A DNA stretch of 64,000 bases from a virus. The notes under the pieces were generated by a model that saw nothing but the letters and a program-made list of their open reading frames with translations, ran no database searches and had not been told where the DNA came from. Positions 1 to 10,966 of the stretch are shown piece after piece. Numbering within the stretch: the stretch's first letter is position 1; every line of letters begins with the position of its first letter. The stretch is taken from the IMG/VR virus record IMGVR_UViG_3300043015_002491, positions 1-64,000 of that record. One strand, written 5' to 3'. The position numbers and the translations under genes are program-made.

Positions 1-23
1 AAACTTACTTTTCCTTTCATTTT

Positions 24-593
24 CTATTCTGACATATGTTGGTAAAAATCATCTAAAAAGAATAATGGTGTTTCAGCAACAGTATTATCTGTTATGAACC
101 CACAAATAGGCATCAATGCTTTCCACATGATAAAAAATACGATGAAGAAGAATATTAATGCAGAACTATATGATGTTACAAGGTCAACTATGTTCCAAAT
201 GTAAGGGGTTAAAAAATATAAAGCTATAAATATTAACATTAATGATAAATTTAACTTACCGAAAAATAAAAGCATGTTCATACCGAATCCACTACCATCA
301 GCCCCCCAAGTCTTAAAAATTACCCAAGATAAGCCACCCAACCAAAAATCTAATAGAAAGACAAATGAAAGTATCCCACCAGTTACACAATTTTCAATTT
401 TACCCTCTTTCGTTCTTATCACATAACTTAATAAAAATAGTATTGGGAATAAAGGTCCTATAAATGGCATTAAAAATAAATACACTAAAATTTGTGCACC
501 ACCTCTATGTAATAGTTCTCTACCGAATCCCCAACCTTTTAATAAATCAAATCCTCCTTTACCATCTGGTACTAATTTATCCCAATTACTCAT
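24..593 (-). CDS. hypothetical membrane protein
   Basis: 189 aa ORF with several hydrophobic segments. Confidence 0.6.
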   Translation of the reverse strand: MSNWDKLVPDGKGGFDLLKGWGFGRELLHRGGAQILVYLFLMPFIGPLFPILFLLSYVIRTKEGKIENCVTGGILSFVFLLDFWLGGLSWVIFKTWGADGSGFGMNMLLFFGKLNLSLMLIFIALYFLTPYIWNIVDLVTSYSSALIFFFIVFFIMWKALMPICGFITDNTVAETPLFFLDDFYQHMSE

Positions 594-669
594 AATATTA
601 TTTTTTTATTTGTTTAATACTGCAATATACGAAAAGTATTTTAATCTACCAAATATTTTTCAATTTTTT

Positions 670-1404
670 TTAAAACTTTATACCATTTCTAGTATAAAGA
701 AGTTCTTTAACCGTCCTCATACCCTTAGTAGCAACATTCTCAATCTTACTGATTGGTCTGTGAACATCAAAGTAACTTACTGGTTGTGGGTCAATATAGA
801 ATACTTCAGCATCCACACTAACATTATTAATCATGTCAATAGTGTAACCTATTTGGAAACTACATCCGACAATAATCACATAATCAGCATTCATTAAAGC
901 TTCATAAGCATCCTCCATGTTAAATGGGTATTCACCAAATAAAACAGTATGTGGTCTTAATTGACTACCATGTTCATCATCCTTATCACCAACATTTATC
1001 TCACCATAACCAATATCATATAACTTGGCCTTATGAGCAACTTGTGGTATATAATATGAACTACGAGCCTTAGTCAATTCCCCATGTAAATGTAATATGT
1101 TCTTCGAACCAGCTCTCTCATGTAAGTCGTCAACATTTTGAGTGATAACGGTAACATCAAAGAATTCTTCTAACTCAACGATATCTAAGTGTGCTTGATT
1201 AGGTTCAGCATCTGGTAACATCTTTCTAAGCATGTTATGGAATTCTAAAACCTTTTCTTTATCATTTTTCCAAGCTTCAGTCGTTGCAACTTCTTCAATC
1301 TTGTAATTATACCAAAGACCATCATTGGTATCTCTGAACGTGGCTACGTTACTCTCTGCGGAAACACCAGCTCCTGTAAATACTACAATCCTTTTTCCAC
1401 TCAT
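670..1404 (-). CDS. cobB: Sir2/CobB family NAD-dependent deacylase
   Basis: GAGVSAES, TQNVDDLHERAG, HLHGEL and RPHTVLFGE motifs. Confidence 0.92.
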   Translation of the reverse strand: MSGKRIVVFTGAGVSAESNVATFRDTNDGLWYNYKIEEVATTEAWKNDKEKVLEFHNMLRKMLPDAEPNQAHLDIVELEEFFDVTVITQNVDDLHERAGSKNILHLHGELTKARSSYYIPQVAHKAKLYDIGYGEINVGDKDDEHGSQLRPHTVLFGEYPFNMEDAYEALMNADYVIIVGCSFQIGYTIDMINNVSVDAEVFYIDPQPVSYFDVHRPISKIENVATKGMRTVKELLYTRNGIKF

Positions 1405-1859
1405 ATCTCATTTTCTTTTACAATATCATAAAACTTTAGAGTTCTAGCTACTTCATACCAATCATTCTCCGCATCAAACCCAGCCTTATCTTCAAATAAT
1501 ACATTGAAGTAAAACTTCTTCTCGTAATAACCATAACCATCACGGTCTGTAAGTACCTCTGGATTCTCATTTACATACTTGAAATGAATACCATTAGCTT
1601 CGAATAATTCCTTATACTGCTCAATTTCATGTGGGTGTGAGCAAGTATATATAATCATTACAATATCATCTCTCTTTGATATTTCTTGTAACACTTGTTT
1701 CGCAAATGGATAAAACTCACTTGGTATGTTACCACTCTCGTAATTTGGTTTTATAATTGTTGAATGTAAATCAAAAGCCCAATAGGTAAAACCCCAAGAT
1801 TCATGCTTTTTCATAGCACCGAAATGATTTTTTTCAATTGACCATGCTATTCCACCCAT
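1401..1859 (-). CDS. HAD-superfamily-like phage protein
   Basis: FDLHSTI motif I-like segment; C-terminal EDKAGF. Confidence 0.5.
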   Translation of the reverse strand: MGGIAWSIEKNHFGAMKKHESWGFTYWAFDLHSTIIKPNYESGNIPSEFYPFAKQVLQEISKRDDIVMIIYTCSHPHEIEQYKELFEANGIHFKYVNENPEVLTDRDGYGYYEKKFYFNVLFEDKAGFDAENDWYEVARTLKFYDIVKENEI

Positions 1860-2276
1860 AATTAATTGTTTTATTTATTAAAAATTTGTTTAAAATCAGA
1901 CGTATTCATTAATAAGAATACATCATTATGTTCAAATAATACTTGACTACCAGTGTAAGTAATCTTTTTAGGTTCATACTTTAACAATTCCTCAATTGTC
2001 ATATTTCTTTCACCTTGGTTGGAAACTCCAACTGTAATTGTTTGTTTTGTCTCTGCCATAACACAAATATAGTAAATTAATCTTATTTATACAACTTTTT
2101 ATTTAAGAATGTTAATTGTCCCATCTTTCCAATGTTCTACAATCCTCCCTTCCTTATCCATGTAAATCTTAGGTAACCCTTTACCCCAAGTATCTTCCTC
2201 AACTTGTTTAGCAAAATCCTTTTGGAATTGCTCTGACATTAAATATTCATTTATTGGGTCTTTATCTTCACTCATC

Positions 2277-2861
2277 CTATAATGGTTTATAATATTCTTT
2301 ACAATGGTCACATTGACTATAACACTTCCTATCACCCTCAATCTCACTCTGACAATAACTATAGTTCAATGAAGTCCAAACTACATCAACACCACACTCT
2401 CTGAACATTGTTATTGATTCAACCCATGACTCACCCCACTTATGATGATTGAAGTCTGGCTTAGGTGAATATATCTTACTTATACCAGATTGGATAATCG
2501 CTCTAGCACAATCAACACATGGGAAATATGTACAATACATTCTCGCACCATTAATATTAATACCAAGTCTGGCTGCTTTATAGATAGCATTACGTTCAGC
2601 ATGTTCTGTCCACATATACTTCATAGGTCTTTCATACCTACGTTGGTCTGTATCGTCATCAGCACCTCTAGGGAATCCATTATAACCAACAGTTAACTCT
2701 GTATTCTCCTTGTCATGAACAATTACAGCACCAGTTTGTGTGTTCTTATCTTTTGACCATTCAGCAACTGTTTCAGCCAAATCCATAAACCTATAATCCC
2801 ACTTAGTTAGATTAGGTTCATTTTTACCACATTTACAGTCAGTACATTTACATTCTCCCAT
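2277..2861 (-). CDS. dCMP deaminase
   Basis: HAERNAI and PCVDCARAIIQSGI zinc-binding motifs. Confidence 0.92.
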   Translation of the reverse strand: MGECKCTDCKCGKNEPNLTKWDYRFMDLAETVAEWSKDKNTQTGAVIVHDKENTELTVGYNGFPRGADDDTDQRRYERPMKYMWTEHAERNAIYKAARLGININGARMYCTYFPCVDCARAIIQSGISKIYSPKPDFNHHKWGESWVESITMFRECGVDVVWTSLNYSYCQSEIEGDRKCYSQCDHCKEYYKPL

Positions 2862-3484
2862 TACTTACTCTTTATTCTTTCTAAATTTCTTTGTGTTATT
2901 ATTTCTTTGACCCTTTGATATGATATTGGATAAAAGTCATGTGAATCAACACCCACATCAAATTGGTTTGGTGACAAATTAGGGCTATTATCAAGCATAC
3001 CATGAACGTGTCCGAACAGTTGCCATGCACCTCTATGACTTCTATTATATGTCATCATCGTATAATGACATAACACAATAGGTTGAAACCCATCACTAAC
3101 CTCATCATCATTTACCTTAATCTCAAGTAACTCATAGATACCACCATCAAATTCATCTCTATTAAAAGCCTTACTCATAACAGTTTTCTCATGATTACCC
3201 TTAATCAATACCTTATGTCCGTTAAGACTTTGAAGGATATGATGACAATCCTTTTCTCTCCCCAGTGCAAAGTCACCAAGACAGAAGATAAGGTCGTCTT
3301 CACCAACAACACTATTCCAGTTGTTAACCAATGTTTGGTTCATTTCCTTTGTGTCTTCAAATGGTCTTTCACAATACTTGATTATGTTAGCATGTAAGAA
3401 ATGTGGGTCCGAAGTGAACCATATTCTATCCGCTGGAAGACCACCAAAGTTAAAGGGAAAATTATCTTTTTTACTGTATTCCAT
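2861..3484 (-). CDS. calcineurin-like metallophosphoesterase
   Basis: SDPHF, LGDF, KGNHE and GHVH motifs. Confidence 0.88.
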   Translation of the reverse strand: MEYSKKDNFPFNFGGLPADRIWFTSDPHFLHANIIKYCERPFEDTKEMNQTLVNNWNSVVGEDDLIFCLGDFALGREKDCHHILQSLNGHKVLIKGNHEKTVMSKAFNRDEFDGGIYELLEIKVNDDEVSDGFQPIVLCHYTMMTYNRSHRGAWQLFGHVHGMLDNSPNLSPNQFDVGVDSHDFYPISYQRVKEIITQRNLERIKSK

Positions 3485-4241
3485 CCATTTCTACCTTTTG
3501 ATTCATTCTTGGTACTAACTCACTAAACCTTTCTCTATCCTTTGTTATCCAGATAGCACCATCGACAACCCATCTAGTTCTAAGAGTACCTGGAATTTCT
3601 GCATTACCAATTTCGTATTGTTCCTTAACACACATTCTACCTCTCTTGAAACCTGTTGGTTGGTCATTCCAATTCACCCCTTTCTCCATGCACATATCTT
3701 GCATTTCAGATGTAGACTTACCATTAAGTTCTTTGTGTGAATATAATGATTGTGCAGTCATACTGATAGAGTTTCTTACAGCATCAGTTTGTCTCCAAAC
3801 AAAATAGTTTTCAACTTCAATTGGGTCAGAAATACTAAACACCCTAGAATCAAAGAATGCTAACTTTTTAGTGATTCCATTATCCCTCATATATTCATTG
3901 AAGAATGCAGTAGCCATACTAGCTGTGATACTTGCAATCTTCTGAATGTTGTTATCGAAGTATGCGCTTGTTGTAATCTTATCAAAGTCTGTAAGTAACA
4001 AGCTAATCTCATCTGACTGAACATAACCTACCTTACAACCTTGTACATTCTCACAAAGCATCTTTGTAGTATAATCCATTGCATCCATCAAAAACTTATC
4101 GTATGGTCTTTCAAAACCCTTTGTAAATGTGTGGAATGCTTTACCATCAAGTCTGATAAGTGTATATGTTCTTCTTGGAAGGAAGTACTTAGTTCTACTT
4201 TCGTACTGTTCCTTCATGCGTGTTCCTAATGCGTCTTTCAT
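3471..4241 (-). CDS. tRNA(His) guanylyltransferase Thg1-like protein (3'-5' polymerase)
   Basis: RLDGKAFHTFT, YVQSDEISL, FDSR and WRQTDAVRNSI motifs. Confidence 0.93.
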   Translation of the reverse strand: MKDALGTRMKEQYESRTKYFLPRRTYTLIRLDGKAFHTFTKGFERPYDKFLMDAMDYTTKMLCENVQGCKVGYVQSDEISLLLTDFDKITTSAYFDNNIQKIASITASMATAFFNEYMRDNGITKKLAFFDSRVFSISDPIEVENYFVWRQTDAVRNSISMTAQSLYSHKELNGKSTSEMQDMCMEKGVNWNDQPTGFKRGRMCVKEQYEIGNAEIPGTLRTRWVVDGAIWITKDRERFSELVPRMNQKVEMDGIQ

Positions 4242-4582
4242 AGTTTTTCTTTTTTAATTTTATTCCAACCGATACTTAAAACGTATCTAGTTCCTTTTGT
4301 TATTTTTGTTACATGATGTTCTACAACATCTGGTCTAAACTTAAAGTATCTACCTCTTTGTTCAACACCATTTATATAAAACTTTCCACCATCTTTAGGT
4401 TTCTTAAGTATTAAATTAATTCTATGATGTTCATGGAATGGTATGATAGCTGAATCAATGTGTTTTGGTATTTCACTACCTTCTGGATATTTCAATAAAT
4501 AAACATCAAACTTAAATCTCTTTGAGTTGATGATACACTTTTTCATATATCCAGTTTTCTGTCTACCTTCTTCCCATTTCAT
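4238..4582 (-). CDS. 2OG-Fe(II) oxygenase-like protein
   Basis: HxD (HID), later H (EHHVT) and RYVLSIGW. Confidence 0.7.
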   Translation of the reverse strand: MKWEEGRQKTGYMKKCIINSKRFKFDVYLLKYPEGSEIPKHIDSAIIPFHEHHRINLILKKPKDGGKFYINGVEQRGRYFKFRPDVVEHHVTKITKGTRYVLSIGWNKIKKEKL

Positions 4583-4654
4583 ATGACAAATATATACAAA
4601 AAAAGGGAAACAAACAAGTGCTTCCCAATTTTTTTCAAAAAAAAATGAATTAAT

Positions 4655-6241
4655 TTAATAAACTGCTTTCACACTTACTGTATGATTAGTAGTTACCTTA
4701 GCTCTTTCTCTAATTTCTTCGAACTTAGCTTCATTATAAAGTACACCGTTCTCGAATACTAATTGTAACTCATCCTCAGCTTCGTTAAACCCTTCATCAC
4801 TAGATGTAAGTGTCTTATAACCAGTTTGAGTTTTAACTAACTTCAAGTCACCCTTCTTAGACTTCTTAAATGATTTAGTGATGTTACCATCAGCATCAAT
4901 TTCAGTTGGAGACTTAACCACATCTCTTTCCTCACCATTAACGATTGCGAAACAAGCCTTTACAGCGAAGTTTTGAGTGTCTCTGTTGATGTCAGCTTGT
5001 AAAAGCTTTCCACCCATACCTAATGCTAAGTTCTCTGCTGAGATACCTTCTTCTCTAAACATCTCGTATATTTCTCCAATTGAGTTGATATTTACACCAT
5101 CACCTTGGATTACTCTAACTTGTGGAGGTAGTACCTTATATCCCTTAGAGTTAGTTGTATAACCAAACTTATCGAAAAGGATTCTGAAAATCTCCTTAAG
5201 AGTATTAATTACGTGTCCAGAATCTGGTCTGATTACTAATTGATTTCCTGGCTCTGCTGGCCTTGAAAGAATCTTATCTCTAAGTCTATCACCCCAGTAC
5301 TTAGATACTGCTCTGATAATGTTATAAGAATCAGATACACAAGCTACGATACCAGTTGGGTATCTGTCTAATACCGCTTCCATGATATCAGCTTCACCTT
5401 CTTCACCTCTCAATGTCATAATTGAATGTTCAGTTGCTGGTATTGAAAGACCATATACTCTTTCTGTGTTATAGAATTCACAGATTCCCTTAGAAGCGAT
5501 AGTTGTATCAGAACCTAAGAAGTTAACTAAGTGTGCAGAACCACCGTTTCTTGCTGATTGTACAGAAGACACACCTCTGAATCCAAAGTCATTAAGTACG
5601 AAGTCCATAGATAATTCCTTAATATCTTCTGGTAAATCAGTTGTATCATCGAATGCTTTTCTAACAATCTTTCTAACTTCTCTTGAAAGTGTTGCTACTG
5701 TAATAGGATACCACACTTGTAATAATAGTGTTTCTAAGAAGTTAGTCACCCAGTAGCACTTATCGTCAGTATTTTCAATTGTTAATAGTACGTTTTTAAC
5801 ACCAACTACGGAACCCTCTGGTACAGCTTTAATCCTAACTGGTAACTTACCACCATGTTCTTTGATAATGTATTCAAACTTAGCTCTATCAAATACATCA
5901 GTTCTTCCGAATACACCATGTAAGTAAGCTTCAGCTTCATCTAACTCTTCAGTTGTGATAGCAACACCTTCTAAGTATTCCTTAAGGAAGATTTGTAACC
6001 CATAGAATACAGTTTCATCGAATTTTCCACCTCTTGATTCTAAATAAGATTTAATCTTAGTTGTACCCTTATCATAGAATGAGTGATGTGAGTATTTGTA
6101 TGCATCTCCAAGTAATGCTAAGTTATTTGGTTTGTCAAGTGCTTTTTCAATAAGTCCTTGAAGTCCTTCGATTGAAGCAAAGTCTTTGTTCTTAATAGCT
6201 TCGACCAATCTTTCTTTAATTTGTGTTTGTAAACTTTTCAT
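4655..6241 (-). CDS. nadV: nicotinamide phosphoribosyltransferase
   Basis: DAYKYSH, DFGFRG, PATEHS, VSDSY, IRPDSG and IQGDG motifs. Confidence 0.93.
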   Translation of the reverse strand: MKSLQTQIKERLVEAIKNKDFASIEGLQGLIEKALDKPNNLALLGDAYKYSHHSFYDKGTTKIKSYLESRGGKFDETVFYGLQIFLKEYLEGVAITTEELDEAEAYLHGVFGRTDVFDRAKFEYIIKEHGGKLPVRIKAVPEGSVVGVKNVLLTIENTDDKCYWVTNFLETLLLQVWYPITVATLSREVRKIVRKAFDDTTDLPEDIKELSMDFVLNDFGFRGVSSVQSARNGGSAHLVNFLGSDTTIASKGICEFYNTERVYGLSIPATEHSIMTLRGEEGEADIMEAVLDRYPTGIVACVSDSYNIIRAVSKYWGDRLRDKILSRPAEPGNQLVIRPDSGHVINTLKEIFRILFDKFGYTTNSKGYKVLPPQVRVIQGDGVNINSIGEIYEMFREEGISAENLALGMGGKLLQADINRDTQNFAVKACFAIVNGEERDVVKSPTEIDADGNITKSFKKSKKGDLKLVKTQTGYKTLTSSDEGFNEAEDELQLVFENGVLYNEAKFEEIRERAKVTTNHTVSVKAVY

Positions 6242-6266
6242 ATTATAAACTTTTATATAAAAATTA

Positions 6267-7289
6267 TTATTTAATTATTCCTTGTTCTGTTTTAACCATT
6301 CTTTCTAAAACCTTTACAAGTTTCCCAAAGAATTCTAAGTGTTCTGGTACTATCATTTTAGCATATACTTCATAGTCAAGTACATCCTCTATTGGAAACC
6401 AAATAACTTCTTCGATATCATCACCACCCTTTGGATTACCAGCCATCTTAGTGGCTAAGAAGAGAGTACTAAAGATTTCACTGTCTTCTTTAGCATGCCT
6501 CCAATCCTTAATCTTACCACTACATATGTATTTAAGTTCACTAGCTGATTCACATACACTAATACCTGGCGCTTCTTCATGAAGTTCTTTAAGTGCTGCG
6601 GTTTCGTAACTATCATCAGTCACTTCAACGTGACCACCAATAAATCTATATTGATTTTCACCTGGTTTTCTACCCAGAAGTATTGAACTTGTTGTTGGGT
6701 CATATACCACAATATCAGCACATGGCATGATAACTGGATATCTACCATAATTAGCATATACCACACCCTTCCTAAAATCTGTTGAATCTATAATTTCTTT
6801 TGACACTTCATCCCTAACCTTACTACCAGATATATCTACATCATTACCAATTAACTCAACTGTTTGGTATTTGCCATGGTAGTATGGTATAAATGAGTCT
6901 CTACCACCATAAAGTAAGAATGTTCTTTTACCGTATGGTTCTTGAATCTTTTGGTCAAGGATATATGACCAAGTTTCATTACTTCTTTGGTCTCTCATTG
7001 GTAGGATTGTTATTTCTGGATATTCTTTTTGAATCATAGCTTTTCTAGCCGCAAATTCTAAAGGATTTCTTTTAGTATTTTCTACAACTGGAATACCTAA
7101 AAATATAATAACTTTTTTGTGATTTTGACACACAGTATCAATTAACTCTTTATGTACTGGGTGTAATTCTGGTACTTGCATGCGTGAGACAATAACTCCA
7201 ACCTCGTAGTCGTTAACATTAATAACTGGGGGGATGTTTAACTCAATGTGTTCGTCTTTATAATCCATATTTTTAAATCGTTTTAACAA
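6267..7289 (-). CDS. bifunctional NMN adenylyltransferase / Nudix hydrolase (NadM-Nudix)
   Basis: N-terminal nucleotidyltransferase (RMQVPELHPVH, RNPL, SGSKVR) and C-terminal Nudix box (GGHVE...ALKELHEE); adjacent to nadV. Confidence 0.85.
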   Translation of the reverse strand: MLKRFKNMDYKDEHIELNIPPVINVNDYEVGVIVSRMQVPELHPVHKELIDTVCQNHKKVIIFLGIPVVENTKRNPLEFAARKAMIQKEYPEITILPMRDQRSNETWSYILDQKIQEPYGKRTFLLYGGRDSFIPYYHGKYQTVELIGNDVDISGSKVRDEVSKEIIDSTDFRKGVVYANYGRYPVIMPCADIVVYDPTTSSILLGRKPGENQYRFIGGHVEVTDDSYETAALKELHEEAPGISVCESASELKYICSGKIKDWRHAKEDSEIFSTLFLATKMAGNPKGGDDIEEVIWFPIEDVLDYEVYAKMIVPEHLEFFGKLVKVLERMVKTEQGIIK

Positions 7290-7339
7290 ATATAGGTAAA
7301 AAAAAAGGAACCCGCAAGGATTCCATTATTTTTTTTTAT

Positions 7340-7924
7340 TTATTTTTCGAGTTTATTTTTCAACTCTTGTAAAGCACTCAAATCACCAAGCGCAAATGTT
7401 GCTCTACCTTCAGCTTCTTTACGTTTTTTATTAACAATCTTTTTAACTTCTTCATCTTCAATACCATCAGCTCTACTAATGAAATTCTCTTTGTTAATAC
7501 CTTTAAGTAACCACCCAATGTGTTTGTCACCCTTCATAAACCTAGTTAATACCCAATCATAAAATACAACATACGTTTGAGAAGACATATACGTTGTTGT
7601 ATTTGCACCTTGAACCGCTAAGTGTTTACCATCAATTAATTTCTTAATAGGTGCTTCAGCTTCAACATTTGGGTTAAACATGTTGTGCATGTATTGAAAG
7701 AAATCATTCTTGAATTCTTCACTTTGAACACCCTCTAAAATATTATTAACTGAAACTAATTTATCATTAGTTATAACACACTTAAATTTACCCTTCGGTT
7801 TTACGAATACTTTCTCAACCTTATCGTTTGGGAAGTATGCTCTTACTAGGTGGTTCAAGAAATTCCTAGCTTTTTTATTTTCATAAATTTCGTCTAATTT
7901 TTTAAATACGTCTTCTCTATTCAT
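7340..7924 (-). CDS. hypothetical protein
   Basis: 194 aa ORF in operon orientation. Confidence 0.6.
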   Translation of the reverse strand: MNREDVFKKLDEIYENKKARNFLNHLVRAYFPNDKVEKVFVKPKGKFKCVITNDKLVSVNNILEGVQSEEFKNDFFQYMHNMFNPNVEAEAPIKKLIDGKHLAVQGANTTTYMSSQTYVVFYDWVLTRFMKGDKHIGWLLKGINKENFISRADGIEDEEVKKIVNKKRKEAEGRATFALGDLSALQELKNKLEK

Positions 7925-7937
7925 ATAAAAGTTTTTA

Positions 7938-8324
7938 TTATTGTAATAATTCTTTAACTACTGTTGATGCTAATCTACCATCATATTGACCATTATAAGA
8001 GTCCTTTAAAAATCCCATAATTTGACCCATATTAGCGTTTTCATTTTCAGAAATATAATCAGAAACTATTTCTGTTAACTGTTCGTTTGTTAATTGTTTT
8101 GGTAAATACCCTTCAAGGATGTTTAACTCAAATTCACTTAGCGAATTTGTAGCTTCAGCTGATTTAATCATTGACTTAATCTTAGATATCACTAACGCAT
8201 CTTCTGGCGTTTTAGATTCCTTAGTAATTTCAGTCTTAAGAACCCCTAAAAAGTCCTTCTTTTCGATTTCTTTAGCTTTATAAGCTGTCATGAAATCATT
8301 GCTAATTGTTTCAATTAAATTCAT
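7938..8324 (-). CDS. GatB/YqeY domain protein
   Basis: YLPKQLT, MGQIMG and DGRLASTVVK typical of YqeY. Confidence 0.85.
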   Translation of the reverse strand: MNLIETISNDFMTAYKAKEIEKKDFLGVLKTEITKESKTPEDALVISKIKSMIKSAEATNSLSEFELNILEGYLPKQLTNEQLTEIVSDYISENENANMGQIMGFLKDSYNGQYDGRLASTVVKELLQ

Positions 8325-8332
8325 CTTTATTT

Positions 8333-8752
8333 TTATTTTAATTTTCTATAATAATGGTAACCAACGTTACCGTCAATTGCATAATAAGACCATTTTAACT
8401 CACCCTTTTGAACTCTCTCACCCATTTCAACGAATCTAGTGTTCTTAGCATTTTCACTAACCCTAACATACTCATATGTTTTATTCTTAACACTCTGAGT
8501 CGTTGTTTTTTTAACATTACCAGTACTACTTTTTTTACTACTAATAACTTTTTTAGTTGGGGGTGTCGTTTTCTTAACTGGAGTTTTTTTAACTGGTGTC
8601 GTTTTCTTACTTGTAACACTATTTTTCTTAGCTGGAGCTTTCTTAGTACTTGAACTAGACTTAGTAGATGTTTTTTTGACATTACTACTGGTCTTTGTTG
8701 TCGTAGTTTTTTTACTTCCAGTCGTTGTTGTTTTCCTTACCCTTTTAGCCAT
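8333..8752 (-). CDS. Lys/Thr-rich basic (histone-like) protein
   Basis: low-complexity KKTTP repeats plus a short aromatic C-terminal domain. Confidence 0.55.
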   Translation of the reverse strand: MAKRVRKTTTTGSKKTTTTKTSSNVKKTSTKSSSSTKKAPAKKNSVTSKKTTPVKKTPVKKTTPPTKKVISSKKSSTGNVKKTTTQSVKNKTYEYVRVSENAKNTRFVEMGERVQKGELKWSYYAIDGNVGYHYYRKLK

Positions 8753-9013
8753 TCATATTTCGTTAACAAATATACTATTATTTTTTTTAATATACAAGTT
8801 AAAACGAAAAAATCAACATTAATTAACCATTTTTATGGTTTAATAATCTTAATTTATGTTCTTGTAAATGTCTATCTAATTCTTGCTTACCCAACAAATC
8901 ATTAAATTTATCAAAATATAGTTTTATATATCTCTCAGCAGCTACCCAATGATTAGCGTTTTCGCAACTATCTATAATATCAAAACCTTTTATTTTAGCT
9001 GTTATCTGTTTTA

Positions 9014-9574
9014 CTATTTCCATTTTTTTTCGTATGTTGTGAATGTTAATTGATATTTATCTTCTTTAATTGAGTATTCATCAATCATATTATATTCTCC
9101 CCTATCAAATTCTGGGAAATAGGTATCCCCCTCAATAAGACCATCAGAATCATAACCAACCCAAGTCACATAAATCCTATTTGGTTCGTAGTCATTCATT
9201 ACTTGGTTATATAATTTACCACCACCAATAACAAATATTTCCTTTTCCTTAAATGTATTAGCAATCTTTAAGGCTGATTCAAATGATTCACACACCCAAA
9301 CATTGTTTTTAGCTCGTATAGTATAACCAGGGTCACTAGATAAAACAATGTTTATTCTATTGGGTAATGGTTTACCTATTGATTCATAGGTCTTTCTACC
9401 CATAATAACAATATTGTCTTTTGTCCTAGCTTTGAAGTACTTTAAATCTGTTTTAAGACTAGTACCCCATGGCATATCACCATCTTTACCAATAACTCTA
9501 GTTTCAACAGCACAGGCTACTATAACATTAAGTATTACCTTTTTACCTTGTGAAAAATTCGTACCCATAATCAA
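9014..9574 (-). CDS. folA: dihydrofolate reductase
   Basis: IGKDGDMPW, IMGRKTYESIGKPLPNRINIV, IGGG and GDTYFP. Confidence 0.95.
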   Translation of the reverse strand: MIMGTNFSQGKKVILNVIVACAVETRVIGKDGDMPWGTSLKTDLKYFKARTKDNIVIMGRKTYESIGKPLPNRINIVLSSDPGYTIRAKNNVWVCESFESALKIANTFKEKEIFVIGGGKLYNQVMNDYEPNRIYVTWVGYDSDGLIEGDTYFPEFDRGEYNMIDEYSIKEDKYQLTFTTYEKKWK

Positions 9575-9788
9575 ATATTCAAAATTGTTTTTAATTTACT
9601 TAGTGTTTCTTCATCATCATGGTAAAAGTGTTCAACACATACAAATAATTCCCTAATCGTTTCGTTCAACATTTCATCTTCAGTATCACCTTTTAATATG
9701 TCTTCCACACCAGCTTGTAACATTAACCAATCTAACCCATTCATTGGTACTAAGGTCCCTTCCTCTACCATCTTTTCGTATTTTGTCA

Positions 9789-10166
9789 TTACTCAAATAC
9801 TTGTATCTTAGCATCCACTTCAGTTAATTCACTCCACGTACCTAAATACGTGACAGCTCTTACTTTTCTATTGTCAATCCAACAATACTCTTCACCATCC
9901 TTGATTCTTGGTTTGTCTGTTACCAATCCATGAAACTTAAAACCATGTTTATTAAGCCATGTCTCAGTTACCATCCTATCCTTAGATTCTCTAGCAGTGA
10001 AGAATGTTATATGGTGACCTTCATCGAACCATTTATTAATGATTTCCTTAGCACCTTCAATGGGTTCAGCATCTGGATAAAGATGAGCATCCTCATTCTT
10101 TATATCATCACAAATGGTACCATCTATATCTATTAGGAATATTTTTCTAGACATCTGCTTGTACAT
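9789..10166 (-). CDS. HAD-superfamily phosphatase-like protein
   Basis: DIDGTI, FTAR, KP and WIDN motifs. Confidence 0.75.
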   Translation of the reverse strand: MYKQMSRKIFLIDIDGTICDDIKNEDAHLYPDAEPIEGAKEIINKWFDEGHHITFFTARESKDRMVTETWLNKHGFKFHGLVTDKPRIKDGEEYCWIDNRKVRAVTYLGTWSELTEVDAKIQVFE

Positions 10167-10549
10167 ATTTAATTTTTTCTAATATTTCTGGTTTAATCCA
10201 AGACTCTAATTCTGTTTCAGAATAAGAAGCTTTAAATAATTTCATTAATAATTCAAAACGATACTTACCATCAAGTGTATTAATACCCATCGACTTTATA
10301 AAGTCCTCAACCACTTCTTCTGGTTCCTCAACACCTAATTCACGAAGTAATGAAAGTCTCTCACCGTAATCTAATCTATAACTAACATAATCAATCACAT
10401 CTTCCCATTCAGCTTCAAATTGGTCTTCTTCGTAATTGAAATGATTTTTAACAGCCGTTTCAATTCTATTAAAATCTTTTAAATCGATTTCTTCATTTTT
10501 AATGAGTTGTATGACTTCATTAATACAAGCTTCGTTATAAGTTTTTTTA

Positions 10550-10954
10550 TCACTCATTAGATTCTTTTTTTAAATATTTTTTCTTAACTTTTTCACTAAT
10601 AGGTATTGCGTTTCCATCCTCGTCAACACTAACAAATTTAATATCTGTCGCTAGTATCCTTTGTTGTTTACCGTTGTAAACATTGTGCCTTCTAGCTTCA
10701 ACAAGTAGTGTTACTGAAGTGTTACCAAACCTAACAACTTCAGCGTAAATCTTAATTACATGGCTTGGGCCAGCTGGTTTTTCCCAAACACATTTATCCA
10801 TTGTAACAGTCACCATTCTAGGTGTGTCACATACTTCCATCGCAAAGGCTACGGCATCTCCGTCAATCCAATACAATAGTTTACCTCCGAATAGAGTATT
10901 GTTAAACCCTAAATCCGAATGTTTAACTGGGTGCACTCCAATCAAATTCATCAC
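10550..10954 (-). CDS. acyl-CoA thioesterase (hotdog fold)
   Basis: DLGFNNTLFGGKLLYWID, GNTS and FVSVDEDG. Confidence 0.85.
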   Translation of the reverse strand: MMNLIGVHPVKHSDLGFNNTLFGGKLLYWIDGDAVAFAMEVCDTPRMVTVTMDKCVWEKPAGPSHVIKIYAEVVRFGNTSVTLLVEARRHNVYNGKQQRILATDIKFVSVDEDGNAIPISEKVKKKYLKKESNE

Positions 10955-10966
10955 AAATATACTATT

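Noticed and set aside
610-10136. short plus-strand ORFs opposite the metabolic genes
   Set aside because: Antisense shadows of well-supported minus-strand CDSs.
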